Notes: a model not told the origin generated them from the letters alone. Numbered from the stretch's first letter, positions 1-13,601 are shown. The stretch is DNA of 64,000 nucleotides from Selaginella moellendorffii (GCF_000143415.4 NW_003314271.1:2919729-2983728), one strand, 5' to 3'. Made by a program: numbers and translations.

Positions 1-103
1 TAAATCTAGCTTTACTCTAATCGGATTCGCAACCATCACCGCCAAGATCACGACCGCAACAACATCGTAAGAAGAACCACTCACCACCAATCGACGTCCA
101 TCA

Positions 104-454
104 ATGGCTTCTCTCAGCCGGGGGGTGTCGATCAGGAGGCAGGGATCGTCGGGGCGGAGCTGGGCCGACTCGCTGGGCCTCAACAACACGGTGGAGCCGG
201 CGCAGAGATTTAGCAGTAGCAACACCAGGGGCGGCAAGGGCGATGGGATCACCAAGAAGACGATCATGGTTCCGGACAGCGACGACGATCACCAAGGCCA
301 CCACCATCGCAGCAGTGCAAAGTCGTCGACGGTGATGAACAGGAGTGGCAGCCACAGGGAGGAGCAGCGGCGAAAGTCTTCGTCTTGTTCGTTGTCCAGG
401 GGTGGTGGTGTAATCGGTTGGCTCAAGAACAGGTTTCGAAGGGTGAGATTTTGA
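104..454 (+). CDS. Small RRQGSSG-motif protein (MAPK substrate MASS/At1g80180-like), copy 1
   Basis: 116-aa ORF MASLSRGVSIRRQGSSGRSW resembles the N-terminal RRQGSSG-x-x-W motif of that plant family; close paralog at 45574-45876. Confidence 0.75.
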   Translation: MASLSRGVSIRRQGSSGRSWADSLGLNNTVEPAQRFSSSNTRGGKGDGITKKTIMVPDSDDDHQGHHHRSSAKSSTVMNRSGSHREEQRRKSSSCSLSRGGGVIGWLKNRFRRVRF

Positions 455-530
455 GAGATTCTTCATCTTCCTTTTCTTGCTTGATACGAGGAAATGTAAC
501 TTGCTAAGCCAAATTATACCATTTTGGCAA

Positions 531-886
531 GATTTATTATTTTTGGTTTGCTTAAGCAAACTTATAAGGGATGGTAGTGAATATACCTAGAATATGCTTG
601 GATATTTTAGGATATTTTACCATCTAACGGTTGGTATTCATTTAGATTAATCTGGTATTTATAATTTATAAACATGTTTATAATTTATAAACTTTCCTAA
701 ACCCTTTCTAGTATATTCTTTTCTATTCTATCATCTAATGGTTGATATGCAATAAGATTAATCTTGTGTTTATAAATTACAAACATGCTTATAATTATAA
801 ACTTTATTTGATCAATTAGATTAATAAGTAATAATAAAATTACCATTAAGCAAACCAAGCTTTGCTACATGCAACGCATAGCAATT
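531..886 (+). repeat. AT-rich ~350-bp repeat, left arm of an inverted pair (partner 44123-44483)
   Basis: Aligns by eye to the reverse complement of 44123-44483; internal ~110-bp subrepeat (catctaa..ataaactt at ~621 and ~732); hairpin at inner end. Confidence 0.8.
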
Positions 887-1451
887 TTTTTCATCTTTTA
901 TAATTAAAAAGAACTTTTCATATGAAAACATTTAAGGTCAATATTTTATATCCTTTTAGTTTAAAATGTTACATGTGAAGATTGATGTTTACACGGGATT
1001 AATAATTGCTAAAATGCAAAGAGATATATAAAATTATATATGTTACAATAAGTTGTGAGGGCCAAGTGTACAGCTACGATATTAATATTAGTGTAGTGGG
1101 ATTTTGATAGCTGTTAGATTGGTTTCAATCCAAACCATTTGCTCCTGTATATAAGCTAGGGTTTTTGGGCTAATTAATATGAACATTTCTATATTCCCTT
1201 TCCATATTCCATGCACTCACATTGGTGGAGGTGAAAGGCACTTTTGATTGTCCCTAGGGAGTGCTTGGATTTCGGATTTTGGTTTGGATTTAGCTTTTGC
1301 ATTGTCTAGATCTAGTTTTTTCCATTTCTTTTCTTTTGTTCTTTTCTTTCAAGATTTTGGTTTAGATCTAGCTTTTTGCATTGTCTAGATCTACCATTTC
1401 CTTCCAGCTTTTTGTCATTTATCTTCTTTTGCTCTTTCTTCGTTTGTCTTC

Positions 1452-2309
1452 ATGGCAGATAAGCAATTTCCTCCTTTGACTCTGGAGCAGCAATTGGTAC
1501 AATTGCTTGATGCTATGCGCTTGCAATTGAACAACCAAACTCAGTTGATGGTGGCGTTCACGGCACATGGTACAACTCCTCCTACTCTTGGTGCCAATCT
1601 TCACGTTCGGCTAGAGTTCTTTTGCGGGAATCTTGGGGATGATGTGTACCATTGGTTCGATCACTTCACGATGATTGCCACATATCATTCTTGGGATGAT
1701 GCTCGACGTTTGCATGAGTTTCCCACGTGTCTTCAAGGGACGGCGTTGCAGTGGTATAATGGTTTGAGTGCAGCCACTCGTGGGGATTGGAGTGTTCTCC
1801 CGGATGTCTTCAAACGTGCCTTCGGACATACCGACGACTGTGACGATGCCTTCCAACAATTGCATCGTCTTTGCCAAGTGCCATCTGAGTCGGTGATGCA
1901 ATTTGGTGTTCATTTTCGAAGTCTTTTGCTTCGTGCGGAGACAAATATGTTAGAGCGGATCAAGCTAGGAATGTTGTGGCTAACACTTCGTCAAGATCTT
2001 GTCGAACTTGTGCATACACTTGCTCCCGCCACCCTTGATGATGCTCTTCGCTTGGCACAATGTTATGAGACGTCGCTTCTTCCACTTCTCGCTGCACGTC
2101 CTTCATTTCCACTTCCTGTGGGTCATAATCCTGTTCCAATGGAGGTTGATGATGTTGCTGCTCGAGTCCAAGGCCAAGGGCGAGGACGTGGTCATGGCCG
2201 TGATGTTCACTACTGGGTATGTGATGAAGTTGGTCATACTTATCGGCGTTGTCGGCCTTTTCCGGATTGGCAACCTCCATTTCCTGGGTGGAGACCTTGG
2301 CATCAGTAA
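1452..2309 (+). CDS. gag: Family A Gag (premature stop at 2307; frame continues to ~2384)
   Basis: Retrotransposon gag-like sequence, PVPMEVD motif, degenerate zinc knuckle (CDEVGHTYRRC). Confidence 0.8.
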   Translation: MADKQFPPLTLEQQLVQLLDAMRLQLNNQTQLMVAFTAHGTTPPTLGANLHVRLEFFCGNLGDDVYHWFDHFTMIATYHSWDDARRLHEFPTCLQGTALQWYNGLSAATRGDWSVLPDVFKRAFGHTDDCDDAFQQLHRLCQVPSESVMQFGVHFRSLLLRAETNMLERIKLGMLWLTLRQDLVELVHTLAPATLDDALRLAQCYETSLLPLLAARPSFPLPVGHNPVPMEVDDVAARVQGQGRGRGHGRDVHYWVCDEVGHTYRRCRPFPDWQPPFPGWRPWHQ

Positions 2310-2410
2310 CGTCCCATTGGTGCTACTGCAGTGGAAGATTTGGACACCGAGATGCATCTGGGAAACGAGGAGTCGTGTGAGTAACGGAGGGACCTTGCAC
2401 GAATAAGTTA

Positions 2411-5400
2411 GTGACCCTTTCATCTTTCTTTCGGGAGTATCATCAAGGGGTTCACTCGGCACCAGTTCATCCAATGTTTACTTTTGTCTTTATAACAAGA
2501 GGTCTCTTATTATTCTCTCCGTGTTGGTTGATACAGGTTCGAGTTTATCTTCTATTGCTCGACCTGTTGCCACACGTTGTTGTCTACAGTTGCGTCATGC
2601 GGCGGAACCAATTTTCATTCTTTATGGCAACGGCTATACTCATGCATGTGTACGAGATGAGGCAGACTTGGTTATGCGTCTGGGCGATCTTGAGCTTGAG
2701 TTGCAATCGTTGCGGGTGGTGCCGAGTCAAGCTTTTGACCTCATTCTTGGTATGGATTGGTTGCAGCGCAATCATGCCAAGTGTGACTTTGAGGCTTCTC
2801 CCCCTTGTCTCATACTTCTTTATGTTTTATTTATTCCTTTCACTTCCATACCTCTTCATCCCTCTACTTCTACCTCTGCTTCCATTACTTTTGTTCCCCC
2901 ACTATTTCCTACTGTGTTTCCATCTTGTTCTACTCTTCCTTTTTCTGATCCCTCCGACGATTTTTGTGTTGCAGTAGTTGATCGGCTCATGAAGGAGTAT
3001 TCTGATCTCTTTGACTTTGACCTATCATCTGGAGCCAAGATTGCCACATGTCATCCGATTCCAACTGGGGATGCTTGTCCAATCAAGGTTCCTGTTCGTT
3101 GTCGGTCACCAAAGGAGATCAAGATTTTACGTGCAAATGTCAAGGAGATGTTGGAGAAGGGTGTTATTCGGAAGTCGTGGAATCCTTGGGCATGTGAACC
3201 TCATCTTGTGACGAAGCCTGATGGGAGTATTCGTTTCTGCGTTGACTATCATCTGTTAAATGACGTAATGATTCCGGATGTTTACCCTCTTCCTCACACT
3301 GCTAATCTCTTGGATCGTCTGGGGCGAAGTCGTTGGTTCACCAAGCTAGATCTTGCTTCTGGGTACTGGCAAGTACCGATGGCCGAAGAAAATATTCCTA
3401 AGATTGCTTTTTGTACACCATTTGGTTTGTACGAGTTCTTGGTGATGCCATTTGGTTTGAATAATGCTCCAGCAACTTTTCAACGAATGATGGACGAGGT
3501 TCTTTGCGATATGCCGGAGGTGACTGCTGACTTCATTGATGATGTCTTGATCCATTCGGAGGGGACGTGGGAGGAGCATGTTCATGATGTTTGTAAAGTG
3601 TTGAATCGGCTACGCGATGTTGGTTTAAAGCTAAAGCGGCCAAAGTGTGTGTTTGGATCCAAGGACACAACTTATCTTGGGTACCGTATTTCTCGTGATT
3701 GTTTGCAAGTTGATCCTAATAAACTTGTGGCCGTTCTAAAGTTCCCTACTCCGAAGTGTGTGAATGATGTGCAGCGCTTCTTGGGCAAGGTGCAGTATCT
3801 CCGGCGTTTTGTGGATCATCTTTTTGATTGCACTACACCATTGCGAGCGTTGCTAAAGTCATTAACGTCATCTTTCATTTGGTCTCCGGATTGTGAGCAG
3901 GCGTTCGGGGATCTCAAAGAGTTATTGACAACTCCTCCGGTTTTGACATATCCTGACTACACTCGACCTTTTATTTTGCGCGTGGATGGTTCTGACATTG
4001 GTCTTGGAGGTGTGTTAATGCAAGAGAGCTCGAGTGTGCTTGGTCAGCGCTATCCCATTGCATATATAAGCCGTACATTACAACCAACGGAGGTGAACTA
4101 CTCCACGACAGAGAAGGAGTGTTTAGCAGCAGTTTGGGGTTTCGAGAAACTTCATGCATATCTACATGGTTCTTGGACGTTACTTGAAGGTGACCATGCT
4201 ACTATTATTTCGTTATTAAAGTGGAAGAACCTAGTTGGTCATACTGCTCAGTGGGCTTTGAAGCTTCAGATATATGATTTTGATGTTGTTCATCGCCCAG
4301 GGAGTTCTATGGCTGATGCTAATGCCCTTTCTCGAGATCCTCTTCCTTCTTCACTCTCTTCTCATGTTTCTGACGAGCCTATCATTCCAGCATCTGTGGA
4401 TTTTCTAGACGAGGATTCTGTGCCGTCGGCAGTTGCTATACTTGATGTTCAGTGTCCACAAGGTGCAGAGCAAGATCTACCTTCGCTTGATGAGGTTTGC
4501 GAGGCTCAAAAGATTGAGCTATGGATTCGAAGGCTTCGAGATGGGTTTGAGAATCCTGCATCACTTGCTGATGACTTGCCTTTCCGGCATTTACATTCTC
4601 AATATCGTCTTGAAAATGGCCTTCTTTATTTTGTGGGGACAGATCCTGATGATCATTTATGGCTGGTGGTGCCTTCTATCTTTATTCTGCAGTTTCTCCA
4701 TGCCTACCATGATTCTCCTGTTTTAGGTGGGCATATGGGACATCGTCGTGTAATCGAGAAGCTACATAGGTCTTTCTATTGGCCGGAGATGCAACGTGAT
4801 ATTATCCGGTATGTGCGTAGCTGCGTTTGGTGCCAAGCTTGTAATACTCCCCCTTGTGTTGCGGAAGGACGGTTAGAGTCAATTGCAATTTCCCGTCCGT
4901 TTGAGTTAGTGGCATTTGATCTTATGGGACCTTTTCCATAGTCGACTGCTGGCAATGAGTATATTATTATTGCTTTTGACTATTTGACTCGTTGGGTGGA
5001 AGTTGGTGCTCTTGCTAGCGCCTCTGCAACTGCTGTTGGATGCTTCCTCCTCAATCAAGTGGTGTTCCAACATTCTTGTCAAGAGCGAATTCTTTCAGAT
5101 AATGGTCCCACATTTATGGCTGAGGCATTTCATGTTTTGACATCTCGGCTAGGGATTCGCCACACTTTCACGAGTGCATATCATCCAGAATCAGACGGTC
5201 TGATGCAACGGCTCGTTCATACGTTCAAGGGGATGATTGTGAAGTATGTGAACTTTCAGCATTAGGATTGGGATGGTTATTTGCCGTCCCTTCAGTATGC
5301 ATATGTCACTGAGGTGCTTCACCAGAGTTCTACGATCAGAGTTCTATTGGTGCTTCACCATATAAACTCCTATATGGTCATGATCCAATATTACCAACGG

Positions 5401-5861
5401 AGCTGGGTTTACCTTCGCGATTGCCACGAGCTGCAGATGCTAGGTCATGAGATCAATATTTGACAAGCATTCTTCCATTTGTCCAAGTGGAGTCTGCCGA
5501 ACACTTAGGCCGCATACAAGTGGGACAACAACGGCGCTACAACTCTCATCATCGTCCACCTGTGGAGTACAAAGTGGATGATTAGGTGTTAGTCAGTTTT
5601 CCCTATCTTATGGTACGTGGTTTATCTAAGGGGCTCCTTGCACAGTGGAAAGAACCATATCGGGTGTTGCGGCAAGTTGGACCACAAGTTTATGAGGTTC
5701 GGCATGACGTCCAGCAGGCCGATCCTCTAGAGATTGTGCATGTGCAGCAGTTGAAATGCTTCATACAAAGGGATCATGAGCGGTTAATACCATCTACAGA
5801 TCCGCCGATGCCTCCTCCTGATGTTCCTCCAGATCCCGGCCTGTCTACAAGAGAACCCTGA
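2411..5861 (+). pseudogene. pol: Family A pol (PR-RT-RH-INT) with frameshifts and stops
   Basis: LVDTGSS protease, LDLASGYWQ and FIDDVLI RT, RNase H, H-H-C-C, SDNGPTF and AYHPESDG integrase motifs spread over ORFs 2521-4941, 4984-5265, 5586-5861. Confidence 0.9.
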
Positions 5862-8800
5862 TGGTTTTCCATTATTCTGAGAGGAGGGGATGATGTGAGG
5901 GCCAAGTGTACGGCTACGATGCCGTATACTAATATTAGTATAGTGGGATTTTGGTACCTGTCAGATTGATTTCAATCTAGACCACTCGCTTCTGTATATG
6001 AGCTAGGGTTTTTGGGTTAATTGATATACACATTTCTATATTCCTTTTCCATATTCCATGCACTCACAAAGTAAAATTTATTTTTTCTTTAGAAGACTCA
6101 AATATAATATAATATACATATAGGATTAATAATTGGTAAAATGCAAAGACATAAGTAAAATTATATATACTACGATAAATAAAATTTGTTATTTGCTTTA
6201 TATAAGACTCAAATATAATATAACTTATTAAATGTATTTCTTAAATGCTGACATACTAACATTATAATTATAAAGATGGTGTGAGTGCATAGAATATAGA
6301 AATGGAATATAGAAATGTGTATATTAATTAGCCTAAAAACCTTAATTTATATACAGAAACAAGTGGTTTAGATTGAAACAAATCTGACAATTATTGAAAT
6401 CCCACTATATTAATATTAGTATATAGCATTGTAGCTGTACACTTGAACTATATATTATCCCCTCCTCTTGGAATAATGGAAGACCATCAAGGTTCTCTTC
6501 TGAATAAGTTGGGATCTTAAAGAATATTAGGAGGCATTAGTGTATTTATAGATGGTGCCAATTGTTCCTGATTTCTTTATATAAAGCATTTCTCTTATTG
6601 TACATGTATAATTCTGGAGGATCAGCTTGTTAGATGTCATGCCAAACCTCATAAACCTCATAAACTGAGGGGGTTCTGAAAGTATAGCAGGGATAGTGAA
6701 GTACAGAAACTAGTCTCGAAGGAACTCTCCAATGGGGCTTTTAAACTGACTTAAGGTTGAGACTTAAGCTTAGAGGCCTTGGATGGGAGTGAGTATGGAC
6801 TCGGGTGGTGCTGGAGGGGCCACCCAGGGAAGTGTTCAAGAGCAACTTCCACTCCTGGAAAGAAAACTGTCTGCAGTGCTTTTGGCTCATGTAGAGTGGT
6901 GCCCCACTTGAGTCCCTTGTGGCTCATTAGTCTTCACCCTTCCTAAGGGCTTAAGCCTTCCCTTTGGGATGGAAGTGGGGGAATAGGAATACCTATACTG
7001 GGCTATTAAGTCACAGTATTTCCCCTCGGTGTCGCAAAGCAAGTGTTGCACTCAAGGCTTAGGATTTAAAGGGTCCTATGATCAAGTTTTGTTGTACCAA
7101 GGGATGTTAAAAACCTAGACGCTTGGTGTGCTTGGTTATTTGTGTTTGCGAGGAGTGTAGCTGAACCTTAAATCAAGTCTAACCTAAGGAGGGAGATTGA
7201 GAGAGAATTTGGGAATCCGTGAATGGATAGTTAATGCTTTATTGCTTGTGTAGTGAGTTGTTGAGACCAAGTAGGACAAGGTAAGAGTTGGTACAATAGG
7301 TGGGAAACTTAGAGAGAGAACTTAACTAAGGCCAAGGCCGTAATAGTTGGATAAACAAGGTAAGTTAGCAAATTGAAAAGAAAAAATTTATGGCTTATAA
7401 TTTGGTATCGAAGCTTTTCCCTCAGTTTTAGTGAAGGATAGAGGCAAATTGCTAAGAGATAGTTAAGGCAGGGCATAATAGAACCAAGGTAGAAATGGAA
7501 TCTCTTTCAGAGCTAGAGCCTCAAGTTATGGATGAAGAATCCTTGCATGAGGAAGACTTTAATAAGGAAACGTTTAAACCTGAGTTCAGTGGTGAGGTTT
7601 GGTTGTCTAAGGCTCGATTAAATGTTCTAGAAGGACAATTGGCATAGACCAATGCCCTGCTAGAAACCCTTGTATATAAACTAAAGTGTGATGAGAAGTA
7701 GAAGGAAAAACAAAAGACTACAGATGTTAGCAGCATAGAAGACATGGACCCTTTAGCAAGGATTGAGGCAAAATAAAAAAAATTGAATAAACCAAAGTGG
7801 AATCAGTCCCTTAAGAAATTCCTAAGTACAAACCAAAGCCCCCACCAATTTTTAAGAGAGTGAATGACTATAAAGTGGTGGAGGATTGGTTTTACAATAT
7901 AGAAAATTACTTCTAAGTGTTAAAATTACCAAGCTCGAAAAAGGTCCCATGTGCTAAACCATACTTGGCAGGTGGAGAACAACAAAGGCTAACAAGGGAC
8001 TAGTAACCACTTGGGAAATGATGAAGGTAAGGATCAATGCAATTTATATTCTTCCAAATGCTACTTTGCACTTAAGGGATGAGTTGAGTAGACTGAAGTA
8101 GATAGAAACCATTCAAAAGTATGTGAATGTGTTCATAGTGAAGAGGATCCTTGCCACGGACATGGGCGACATGAATGTGTTACATGCCTTCATATTAAGT
8201 TTATAGATCTGGGCTCGAGACAAGGTGATGCATTAGAACCTGACCAACTACAAAGAAGAATTGAATGTAGCTATCCGCAAAAGGGGAACACAATGGGGTC
8301 AGGGTCCACATTTAGCAAAGGAGCCAAACCAAGAGGGATATATGGTAAAGGGAAATTCAAAATAAGTTTTTCTAAAAATGAATCCTTAAGGTTTCGGAAA
8401 GGTAGATTTAGTGACAGTGAATAAATATGTGAGGGAGTCAAGTGAAAAGGGACAAACCCACTGATAAAAAGGTTAAGTCCACTAGTAGCGTGGGAAATAA
8501 CATATGCTTCAAATGTGGTGAAGCATGACAGTTTTCGAGAGAATATCCCTACTCGAAGAAGGCTAGAGTGAATATAGCCATTAAGTTAAGTTAAATCCAA
8601 ACTAAGGTATGTGATTCATTCCCTAGCTCAAAGTTACTCATTACACAAGCAACTTTGGTAAAGGGTCATTCATGATATCTACTAGCTCTCTAAGGGAAGC
8701 TTATAGATAGCTTTGTTAAGATTCTTAATAACACAAGTGTTTAGGATAATTTTGTGGCTGTAGACATAATCTGGCAAGCTTGACTAACGGTGCAGTGGTT

Positions 8801-9842
8801 AAGTGAACAAAGGGCTATAGAGTTTGTTCAAGGTAGCTAAAACATCGATGAGGTACTTTGACAAACAAGAGTTGAAGTAGGGACATGGAAAGTAGATATG
8901 GATTTCACCGTGTTAGACATGACGGGATTTGATGTAATTTTCGGGATGGATTGGTTCAATTAATTTTTGATAGTTGTGCATGGACAAGGTAGGAACCTTG
9001 TGGTATTGGTAAATGCTCGAGGAGAACGATCCAGGGTAGAGGCATAAGATCTAAAGATAAGGCAAAGTAAGGCCAAAGACTCCTACTTAAATCTGGTGTC
9101 TATAAGAGGATAACTCATTAAAAGAACCAAGGCAACATTTTTGTGCTTACTCTCAATGAAGAGTGATAAAAAGACAAGAACAGAAAAAATACTTTTGGTG
9201 ATCCAATGGGTGTTAAACCAATTTTGAGATACTATACCGGCGGATTACCCCTCGCATGACCGATAGAATATAAGGTCGAGTTGGTCGAAGGTTCTAAAGT
9301 AGTGATTTGTCCCCCTTATCAGTTGAATGAAAAGAAACTTGAGGAGCTCAAACACCAACTTGAGGAGTTGTGCAAAAAGGGTATGTTAAATTGAGCAAGT
9401 CACCATATGGGGCACTAGTGTTATTTGTGAAAAAGAAATATAGGTGTCAAGACCCTTGACAAGATCAAGATTGGAAAATGCAAAAAGACAAAGAGAAAAG
9501 CTAGTGGAAACAAAGAAAAGGCCTTAGACTGGCGTTGATTCAGATTGTGGAGAAATGGAACAAGGCTAACCTATATATACTATAGGTTGATGAAGCTCCA
9601 CCACTCTTGGATCGAGGACGGCCTAAATATAGCTGAGGTTGAGGAGGCACCACATCATCATCAGGAATGTGGCTCGAAACTCAGGAATCGGGAAGTGTCT
9701 CGAGAGTTAGGAATAGGAAAGTGTCTCGAGAGTCAGGAATAGGGAAGTGTCTCGAGAGTCAGGAATGTGGTCTGCAGGTCAGGAATCTGGCGAGAGTCAG
9801 GAATGTGGCAAGAATTGGGGGATTCCTGACAGCACCCCCTCC

Positions 9843-12800
9843 TCAAGAACGAGTGGAACGAGGATGTGAACGAGAACGAAGAGGAGGATGAGATGAGCGG
9901 CGAGGGATGGGAGATGGAGAAAAAGAATGAGGACTGGGACGAGAAGGATAGCGGCGGTGGAAGTCCTGAACAAGGTCAGGAGAATGAAGCAGGTTGTCTA
10001 CAAGTTCCCAAGTGCGTTCCTTAGGTCCGTAACCCTTCCAGTCCACCAGATAGTAGAGTTTAGACCGTGAAATCTTGGAATCAAGGATGTCCTGAACCTC
10101 GTACTCAGACCCATCCTCGAGCTGCACTGGTGGAGGTGGAGGAATGACCCGATTTGGAATAGGACTGGGAATATAAGGCTCAAGGAGAGAGGAGTGAAAA
10201 ACGGGGTGAATTTGATATGAGGAGGGAAGTGCAAGGCGATAAGTGATAGGATTAATGATGGCAGTGATAGGGAAAGGACCAAGGCGTTTGAAATCGAGTT
10301 TTGGACAGGGCCTGGAGGTGGAGATATTTCGCCTGAGGAGCCAGACTTTATCCCCGATATTGTAAGGGGGACAATCCTGACGATGGACATTGGCAAATGT
10401 TGTGTGAGATTCCTGAGCACGATGGAGGTGGAAGGAGATGGAGTTGTGGATTTCCTGGAGGTTGGAGATAAATGCCTCAAAGCGGGGATTTGAATGAGAG
10501 GATTCAGATGGAGAAGGAAGTGAGAGATTGAATCGGGGATTTCGGCCAGAGTTCGCAAAGAAGGGGGAAACTCGAAGAGAGGAGTGAACAGAGTTGTTAT
10601 AGGAGAACTCAGCAAGAGGAAGGATATCGAACCAGTTATCCTGATGATAGTTGATGAAGCACCTCAAGAATTGTTCCAACGTCTGAATCGTTCGCTCGGA
10701 CTGCCCATCAGTTTGAGGATGATATGCCGAAGAGAGGTTGGCCTTCACTCCAAGCAGCTGCAAAAACTGTTGCCAGAAATGAGAGATGAACTGAGGCCCC
10801 CGATCCGAAACCACATCTGTAGGAATTCCATGAAGTCGGAAAATTTCCCTGAATACCAGTTTTGCCATGTCCTCGCCCGAAAACTCCTTGGTACATGGCA
10901 AGAAGTGCGCCATCTTTGTGAAGCGATCCACCACGACTAAAATGCTGTTGAAGCCTCCAGAACTCGGAAGATCACTCAAGAAATCCATGGAGATGGATTC
11001 CCAAGGACCTGAAGGGACCGGAAGGGAACGAAGCAAACTTGAAGGAAGGTGGCGAGGTACCTTATTCCGGGCACAAGTGTCACAGGAGGTAACAAAAGCT
11101 TTGATGTAGTCGTCCATGTGAGGCCACCAAAAGTCCCATGCAACTAGCTCATAGGTTTTCGCAATGCCGAAGTGACCAGCAGTCAGGCTATCGTGGCACG
11201 CCATCAGGACCAACCTTCGAGCATCACCTTCAGGAACGTAAAGCTGCTCCCCATGGTACAATAAGCCATCTAAGAACTTGAACTCGTCAAATCGCCGGCA
11301 GTCGGGAGTCACTGGGTGTCCAGCCTGAAGATGGGGGAAAATATCGCTAGCAAGATCATCGGATTGAAGATCGTTTCTGATTGCATCCATCAAGGAGGAG
11401 TCCTGAGGGGCTAGGGAAATTGCCATAACTTGAAGCCGATCAGGACCGAGGATAACTTGATCCTTTTGATTGAAGGCAGGATTACCAGGCCTGAGACTGA
11501 GATAGGAGCGCCTTGAAAGAGCATCAGGAAGGCCTTGAAACTTTCCAGGTCTGTACTTGATAACAAAGTCAAACCGACTCAGGAATTGTGCCCACCTTGC
11601 TTGACGACGGCTTAAAACTCGGGAAGTGGCAAAGTACTCGAGATTTTTGTGATCCGTCCAGACTGTTGTTTGATGGCTCGCCCCCTCCAAGAAACGGTGC
11701 CACTCTCCAAAGGAATCCACGATGGCAAGGAGCTCCTTGTCGTGGATTTCGTAATTGATCTCCGCAGGCTAGAATTTCCAAGAATGGAAAGCGACCGGAT
11801 GAAGTTCGTGATCCGCTCCGAGTTGAGACAGCACAGCACCAATGGCAAAGTCGGAGGCGTCAGCCTCGATGAAGAAAGGTTGTGAGGAATCAGCATGGAT
11901 CAAGACAGGAGCAGAACTGAAGGCCGCCTTGAGTGTGTCGAAGGCCTGCTGGGTAGCAGCAGACCAAGAGAAGGGAACATCCTTGCGAGTGAGATGTGTG
12001 AGAGGAAGGACAATGTCAGAGTAGTGATCAATGAATTTGCGGTAGAAGTTGGCAAAGCCAAGGAAAACCTGAACGTCCGACATTGATTGTGGAGGCTCCC
12101 ATTCGAGAATAGTCTTGACTTTGGCAGGATCCATTGTGATACCCTCAGGAGTGACAATGTACCCAAGGAACTCCACAGACTGCTGATCAAAGGAACATTT
12201 CTCAAGCTTCGCGTATAGGCCGTGTTCTCGCAGCTTCGCTAGCACCTTGCGAACATGTTTGTCATGCTCCTCTTGAGTTTTTGAGTAGATGAGGATGTCA
12301 TCGAGATAGACGATCACCATCTGATCAAGAAACTCCCGAAAGACGTCGTTCGCCATGTGTTGGAAAACTGCTGGAGCATTTGTCAAGCCAAATGGCATGA
12401 CAGTGTACTCGAAGTGGCCATAGCGGGTTCGGAACGCAGTCTTCCATTCATCACCAGGCCGGATCCGGATCAGGTTGTATGCTCCACGGAGGTCGATCTT
12501 GGTGAAGAAGCGGGCACCACCGAGGCGTTCTAACAGGTCCGAGATCAGGGGCAGCGGATAACGGTTCCGAACAGTCACCTTGTTCAAACCTCGGTAGTCG
12601 ATGACTAGCCGCAAGCTCCCATCCTTCTTCTTGACAAAGAAGACAGGCGCTCCAGTCGGGGACTGCGAATGCTGAATGTAGCACGAGGCAAGGTTCTCAT
12701 CCACGTACTCTTTGAGGGCCTTAAGCTTGGACGGGGATAACCCATAGATAGGTCCCCACGGAGGTGACGCTCCTTCCTGTAAATCAATGGGACAATCATA

Positions 12801-13601
12801 AGGCCGATGAACAGGCAGTACACTAGTTTTTTTCTTGTCAAACACATCCCCAAAATCATGATACTTCTCAGGAAGACTGATAGGAGAAACATGCAAAGCA
12901 AAAAGAAAAAGAGGTTCTGCATGAAGGAGTTCTTTCATAGTGATTGTGGAGATAGGAGGAGGCATACGACTAAATGGAATGATGAGACGAGGATACGGTC
13001 CAGTGTAAGATGGAAGAGAGGAAAAAGAAGAGGGTGAAAACTTTATAGAGTCAGGAACAGAACCCCAATTTGAGTTTAGGGAACTTTTCCTGATGCGGAC
13101 TCGATGAACAGCAGGGGAAGCCGTGGGAGAGATGAGCTGTAATTCCTTCCAACAGATCTGAGGCTGATGTAGTTGGAACCAAGGAAGACCGAGCACCACA
13201 GAGGAGGACTTGCTGTTGATGATGTTGAAGGCGATATCGGTGACGGTGGACCCGATGTGTACTCGAACGGGCAACGTTTCCCTAAGTCCAGAAGATGGAG
13301 ACACAAAATGCCCGCCGATGCCTTCAACCCTCAAATCCCGTATGGTAGGAGAAAGAGGAACGTGATGTCGGGCAGCAAAGTCCGTGTCCATGAAGCAAGA
13401 AGTTGCACCCGAGTCCAGTAATGCCAGAGCCTTGAGTCCTGATTGTCCGGTGAAAGAAAGGAGACATGGGACGCGGAAGTTGCGGGAATTGGTGGTGGCT
13501 TTGATGAAAGGTGGTGAGGAGCTTGATAAAGAAGAAAAGTGATTTTTATTCGGGGAGTCCAAACAGACAGCTCCTACTCTGTTTGGACAGGGTCGTTTCC
13601 C
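9843..13601 (-). CDS. pol: Tcn1-like Pol (PR-RT-RH-INT-chromodomain), -1 frameshifted from gag, one internal TAG at 11769
   Basis: LLDSGAT, YLDDILI, EADASDFA, SDRGPQF, HPQTDGQSE, LGPF, EYEVQDIL..YLVDWKGY chromodomain. Confidence 0.92.

Larger units (their letters stand above)
1054..6068 (+). mobile_element. Ty3/gypsy LTR retrotransposon family A (short LTRs, no chromodomain seen), full length, decayed
   Basis: LTRs 1054-1221 and 5894-6068 (TGTGAG..CTCACA); 4-bp TSD AAGT (1050-1053/6069-6072); PBS TGGTGGAG at ~1223 (tRNA-Ala-like); PPT GAGGAGGGGA 5881-5890; gag-PR-RT-RH-INT order. Confidence 0.93.
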
